NCBI RefSeq assembly: GCF_013177435.1
Contig: NZ_CP053627.1
Span: forward strand, 210,001-242,000
Source of the DNA: Xylella taiwanensis
GTDB lineage: Bacteria > Pseudomonadota > Gammaproteobacteria > Xanthomonadales > Xanthomonadaceae
Length of the DNA stretch: 32,000 nucleotides
Reading direction: 5' to 3'
In this document: in pieces, positions 29,358 to 32,000 of the stretch
Position numbering within the stretch: the first letter of the stretch is position 1
Layout: the number at the start of each line of letters is the position of its first letter
The notes under the pieces: generated by a model
Seen by the model: the letters and a program-made list of their open reading frames with translations, nothing else
What the model was told of the DNA's origin: nothing
The model's database searches: none
Program-made: the position numbers and the translations under genes

Positions 29358-30477
29358 CTAACTTCTTCTGTCTGCAGATCGCGATACTTTCAGCGCTCCG
29401 GCTCGCCCATCATGACACTGTGTGGTAATGGTCTGGAAAAATAACCGGGTTTTTCTTTGAATTACCACAAATTTGGGTGTCGTCCACAGTGTTCCTGTGG
29501 TGATATTCATGAAATGTGCTGAGCTTTTTTCTAACATCTCAATATCTTCATAAAGTGCTTCTGGATCCATTATTTTCAGATACTGTAGCGCTTTTATTCC
29601 CGCTTCACGTATCTGCTGATGTCACCGTGTCAATGCACTTAGGGCGGATGACTGCTTTGGGTGAAACAAGTTTTCACCTTTGAAGAAAAGATGGGAATTG
29701 TCATCATTTCAACCAAATAATAGCAGCTGCGAAGCGGATAGCCCTGCAGAAATTGCAGAAGGGTCTTTCATCATTTCTAACTAATTGCAAGGTACTGCTT
29801 TAACTGAGTAGAAGTGCTTGATCAGATGTTGAGTTTTTACAGGGTGTGCTTGTAGTTATACAGTCTTTTGTGGATTGGCTTGGAGCGAATCAGGAACTGT
29901 TGGTGCATTTAATTTTCATTGATCATCACGTATTTTGCTACAAGATGTGGAAGCAACACCGTGTGATCTTTAACGTCATAAAACTTGCCTTGACGTGCTG
30001 TGAAATCCACTTAGGATCGTCCCGATACCCAATACGTTGACATGTGGAGGTCGGTTAACCCAATTTTATGAATGGACTGAGTTTTAGATCGCTTTATAAA
30101 CACAGCAGTGCTTTCAGGGAGGGATCTTTAATAGGATATTATCCGGATTCGCTGTTTCTAGTCCGATAAGTATCGATTATCGGCGTATTGGTGCGGTATC
30201 TACTATGGAGCACACGTGGTTCACTTTCGATGGCTTACTGTGAATTACTAAAGTGTTTGGGCGATCCATGTTGGTTGTAACTCTTTTCCACCATACACAA
30301 CAGAAAGGTACTCATCACTTGCACGTAGACGATGGATACGTCACTGCTCTGACATGGTGCTGTGTGAACTAATGACTGATGGGGAAGTGTTATTCAATCA
30401 TCAATATGGCAGTACTAACACAGAAGAATACTTTTAGTGCGATGCATGATTTGGTCGCAGATCATACAAGCAGTGAC

Positions 30478-31167
30478 TTAGGTGCGTGACTGTTGGTCTG
30501 TAGTTCGGGTGAACGGTATGTTATCTGGCGATACTGCACCACCAGAGATGATGAAACTCATCGCCTGATCCACACTCCAGCCGGTAGGCGTGAGTAGTTC
30601 CACAGGGACGATTTCGAGATATCCAGAGGTTGGATTAGGCGTGGTCGGCACGTATACGGTTGCCAGTTCTCTGCCAGTATCGCGTTCGCGTATTACCCGT
30701 GTTACCAGACCAACCGCTTTCATGTCTCGGTGCGGGAAATCGATCAGTACTACCCGTTGAGTGCTACCGGGTTGAGTCTGCAGAATGTCCAATAGTTTGC
30801 GGGCGCTATCGTAAATGACACTGGCGAATGGGATGCGGCGCATGATGACTTCGAACCAGTGCAGCAGGCGCTGCCCGATCATACGTCGGCTGAGTGCCCC
30901 TACGGATAGGATTGCCAGAAGCGTTACCGTTAGAGCAATTGTATTCTGCACCCATAATGCTTGAATCCAGCCAAGGTAGTCAGGGAAAGATGCAGCGATG
31001 CGCTGCGACAGTGGTACTACCCAAGGACTGCTGATACCTGAGAGCAGCGAGAATACGAACTTGACGACCACCCAGGTCAGCCATACTGGTAGCAGTGTCA
31101 ATAAGCCGGTGAGGAAGATGCGTTGCAGGGAGGGGCGTTGAGGAAGTGAGGAGGTATTTGGGGACAT
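30478..31167 (-). CDS. DUF502 domain-containing membrane protein
   Basis: 229 aa. Two N-terminal TM regions plus the conserved C-terminal core (RVVLIDFPHRDMKAVGLVT...VYVPTTPNPTSGYLEIVP) typical of DUF502. Confidence 0.85.
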   Translation of the reverse strand: MSPNTSSLPQRPSLQRIFLTGLLTLLPVWLTWVVVKFVFSLLSGISSPWVVPLSQRIAASFPDYLGWIQALWVQNTIALTVTLLAILSVGALSRRMIGQRLLHWFEVIMRRIPFASVIYDSARKLLDILQTQPGSTQRVVLIDFPHRDMKAVGLVTRVIRERDTGRELATVYVPTTPNPTSGYLEIVPVELLTPTGWSVDQAMSFIISGGAVSPDNIPFTRTTDQQSRT

Positions 31168-32000
31168 CTTGTTATTGTAGGGAATAGTGGGCAGCGCAGG
31201 TCAATGCAGTGTCAGTGTATTGGTCGTGACGGCGCGGTCCTGTTGATATCAGTATCCCGGAGCCCGTGTAGCTTGACTGGTTTTTTGGTGGGATGTGTCA
31301 TTGCAGCCAGTACGGAGAGCTCAAACTGATAAAGAGATATCTGTCAGATGCGTTTCGGTGGAGTTGCCTGGATGTTTTTCAGTGTTTGGTTGTTGTGTTG
31401 GTGAACTCATTTCACATGCGCGAGGAGCGTGTTTCTTGGTCCGTAAGGTATTTGGATCGGTCTTGATGCTATCCAGTGTCCAAGCGGGTTTCCCATATGT
31501 TTTAACAATGCATTGCTTGCGGACAGAGGTTTGGTATCGGTAATAGAAACCTGGAGGCTGTCTGTGTCAGATTGGTGCCGGCTTGCGCTTGGTGGCCTAA
31601 AGGGGAGCTAGTAGATTTCAGGATCAGATCATACAGCGGATGCAGTATTCCACATTTATCTGTGTTGTATGTTGTTAGCCTCAATATGTCTGAGTTGCAG
31701 CGTTTGCTGCTTAAATGGTGCTGATTACAGTCGATTGCTTGGCAGGATATGCCATGTTTATAAAGCACACAGAAGTGAAAGCGAGTCTTTCTTTAAATTA
31801 TTTAGCTGGCTTGGTAGTACTTATGCTTGGCGGCGAGGCTATTTTTCGGTGGCAATGTGTTTGGTTTCGGGGTCGTATCTCGAGCCCAGAACTGCTTTGC
31901 TGGAAGCAGCCTGGTGTAGTGAGGGCCAGGGACGGCACGATGTCTCCCCAGGGACTTTGCGGCAAGGGGCGCCTTCAGTTGTACTCCAATGCTGTTGCAT

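Noticed and set aside
31802-32000. Edge-truncated reading frames at the right end: a minus-strand frame open from 32000 to a stop near 31802 (...SIGVQLKAPLAAKSLGRHRAVPGPHYTRLLPAKQFW...), a + strand frame from ATG 31823, and a 53-codon minus-strand ORF starting at 32000
   Set aside because: All are shorter than 70 codons with no recognisable motif and odd composition. I cannot tell a real gene end from chance without the sequence beyond the window.
1-32000. Scan for CRISPR arrays, tRNA/rRNA/tmRNA/RNase P signatures
   Set aside because: By eye I found no regularly spaced direct repeats, no T-loop (GGTTCGAATCC-like) motifs and no rRNA-like or RNase P (GAGGAAAGTCC) cores. A manual scan could miss divergent sRNAs.

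Overview
Chromosomal, housekeeping-type window from a Gram-negative bacterium. The gene set, a Lys-rich H1-like protein, roughly 50% GC and very low coding density look Xanthomonadaceae/Xylella-like, but that is inference only because no search was possible. I can support 21 intact CDSs: an edge-truncated FabG-like SDR, prfC, a hemolysin-III/PAQR protein, a GT2 polyprenyl-phosphate glycosyltransferase, a TatD-family hydrolase, a YcfJ-like glycine-zipper protein, a histone H1-like Lys-rich protein, gcvH, gcvT, an NfeD + SPFH/band-7 pair, a mazG-cysQ-nudE hydrolase string, bioA, rsmE, an rhlE-like DEAD-box helicase, queD, a DUF2059 secreted protein, a PlsC-type acyltransferase and a DUF502 membrane protein. 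I found no rRNA, tRNA or CRISPR array. The unusual property is architectural. These CDSs cover only about 52% of the window, and eleven AT-richer, ORF-poor blocks (about 14 kb in total) separate them. Where the blocks are readable they show decay: an IS5-family transposase remnant with frameshifts and stops, and frames interrupted by a single stop or a frameshift. I did not find a convincing new multi-gene system. The items most worth a second look are the 2-kb ORF desert at 25812-27787, the repeat-containing H1-like gene with its upstream inverted-repeat cluster, the internally duplicated YcfJ-like protein, an 11-aa insertion next to the BioA catalytic lysine, and the oversized gcvT-gcvH spacer. 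All product calls rest on motif recognition and remembered family sequences, not on database searches.
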